A stretch of 64,000 nt of DNA. Source: Gonapodya sp. JEL0774 (lineage: Eukaryota). A model generated the notes under the pieces. The model searched no databases, had not been told where the DNA came from, and saw nothing but the letters and a program-made list of their open reading frames with translations. The stretch's first letter is position 1; every line of letters starts with the position of its first letter. Of this stretch, positions 63,470 to 64,000 are shown one piece after another. The DNA is taken from positions 1 to 64,000 of the forward strand of contig JADIIX010000131.1 of assembly GCA_027604505.1 (NCBI GenBank). Direction: 5' to 3'. The translations under genes were made by a program, and so were the position numbers.

Positions 63470-64000
63470 TCACGACACGAACACCTTGAAGTTCTTATAA
63501 AAGTCCACCATGGGATCCTCTCCACTCTTTGTCCTAGTACTTTTCCCATCTCCCCACTTTTGCAAAAACTCCTTGTGCGTGAACACCTGGGCGGCCCTCT
63601 TGGCCTCCTCGTCGTCCGGTCGACGGCACACCGCCAGGTACATGGACCGCAGCAGCTCAAAGTCGGTGGGGAAAAATATGTCAAAGTAGCCGGGTTGGAC
63701 AAGATAAGTGGAGCTAGGGGAAGTGGGGAGGGTGGGGGGGTGAGGGTTGCGAAGGTGGGAGCGGAAGGTGGCAGTATGAACGGTCAAGTAGTCTGCATGA
63801 TCCACTCGAAGGCACGCCTCGTCTTCCAGTGCTCGGCGAGCCAAACACAGCCCATACATCCCCTGAAAAGAAGGCTGGTAATGGAAACCCGAACCTGAAA
63901 ACTCTGTCTGGTAGGATGCGGGATGCCAGGCATCTCTGGCGGGTTGGACCCATCCCCGGTCCCTGGGAACAGATCCGAGCGTCCCTTTGTGCAACCCTTC
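63470..64000 (-). CDS. Mitochondrial SAM-dependent (arginine) methyltransferase, NDUFAF7/MidA (DUF185) family, 3' part
   Basis: STYLVQPGYFDIFFPTDFELL, HKEFLQKW and TRTKSGEDPMVDFYKN. The gene runs off the window end. Confidence 0.75.
   Translation of the reverse strand, partial: EGLHKGTLGSVPRDRGWVQPARDAWHPASYQTEFSGSGFHYQPSFQGMYGLCLARRALEDEACLRVDHADYLTVHTATFRSHLRNPHPPTLPTSPSSTYLVQPGYFDIFFPTDFELLRSMYLAVCRRPDDEEAKRAAQVFTHKEFLQKWGDGKSTRTKSGEDPMVDFYKNFKVFVS

Overview
Gene-dense, intron-rich eukaryotic DNA (short GT-AG introns, one N-gap at 30899-30908). The gene content is fungal: QCR8, MDM31, HEM1, unfused RPS30, GAB1/PIG-U. A PFN4-like profilin and a CNBD channel suggest an early-diverging zoosporic fungus (inference). 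About 25 protein-coding genes can be reconstructed by hand-splicing. The standout is a selenophosphate synthetase (SPS2/SelD, minus strand, ~50979-52995) with an in-frame TGA at 52712-52714, exactly at the catalytic Sec/Cys position (FRLVEWAELKG-U-GCKVPQ). It is therefore a probable selenoprotein in a fungus, and the ORF track misses it. I could not find a canonical SECIS in its 3' region by eye. Other unusual items: an intron-containing bacterial-type solute-binding + vWA membrane protein (HGT candidate), a CNBD channel with a non-canonical pore, a soluble cytochrome b5 ending in a PTS1 (AKL), a GATA-ET fusion, a SKP1/BTB-like + LRR protein, and three C2H2 zinc-finger genes, one of which grew by tandem duplication of exon+intron units. 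All gene models are manual, and some start codons are uncertain.
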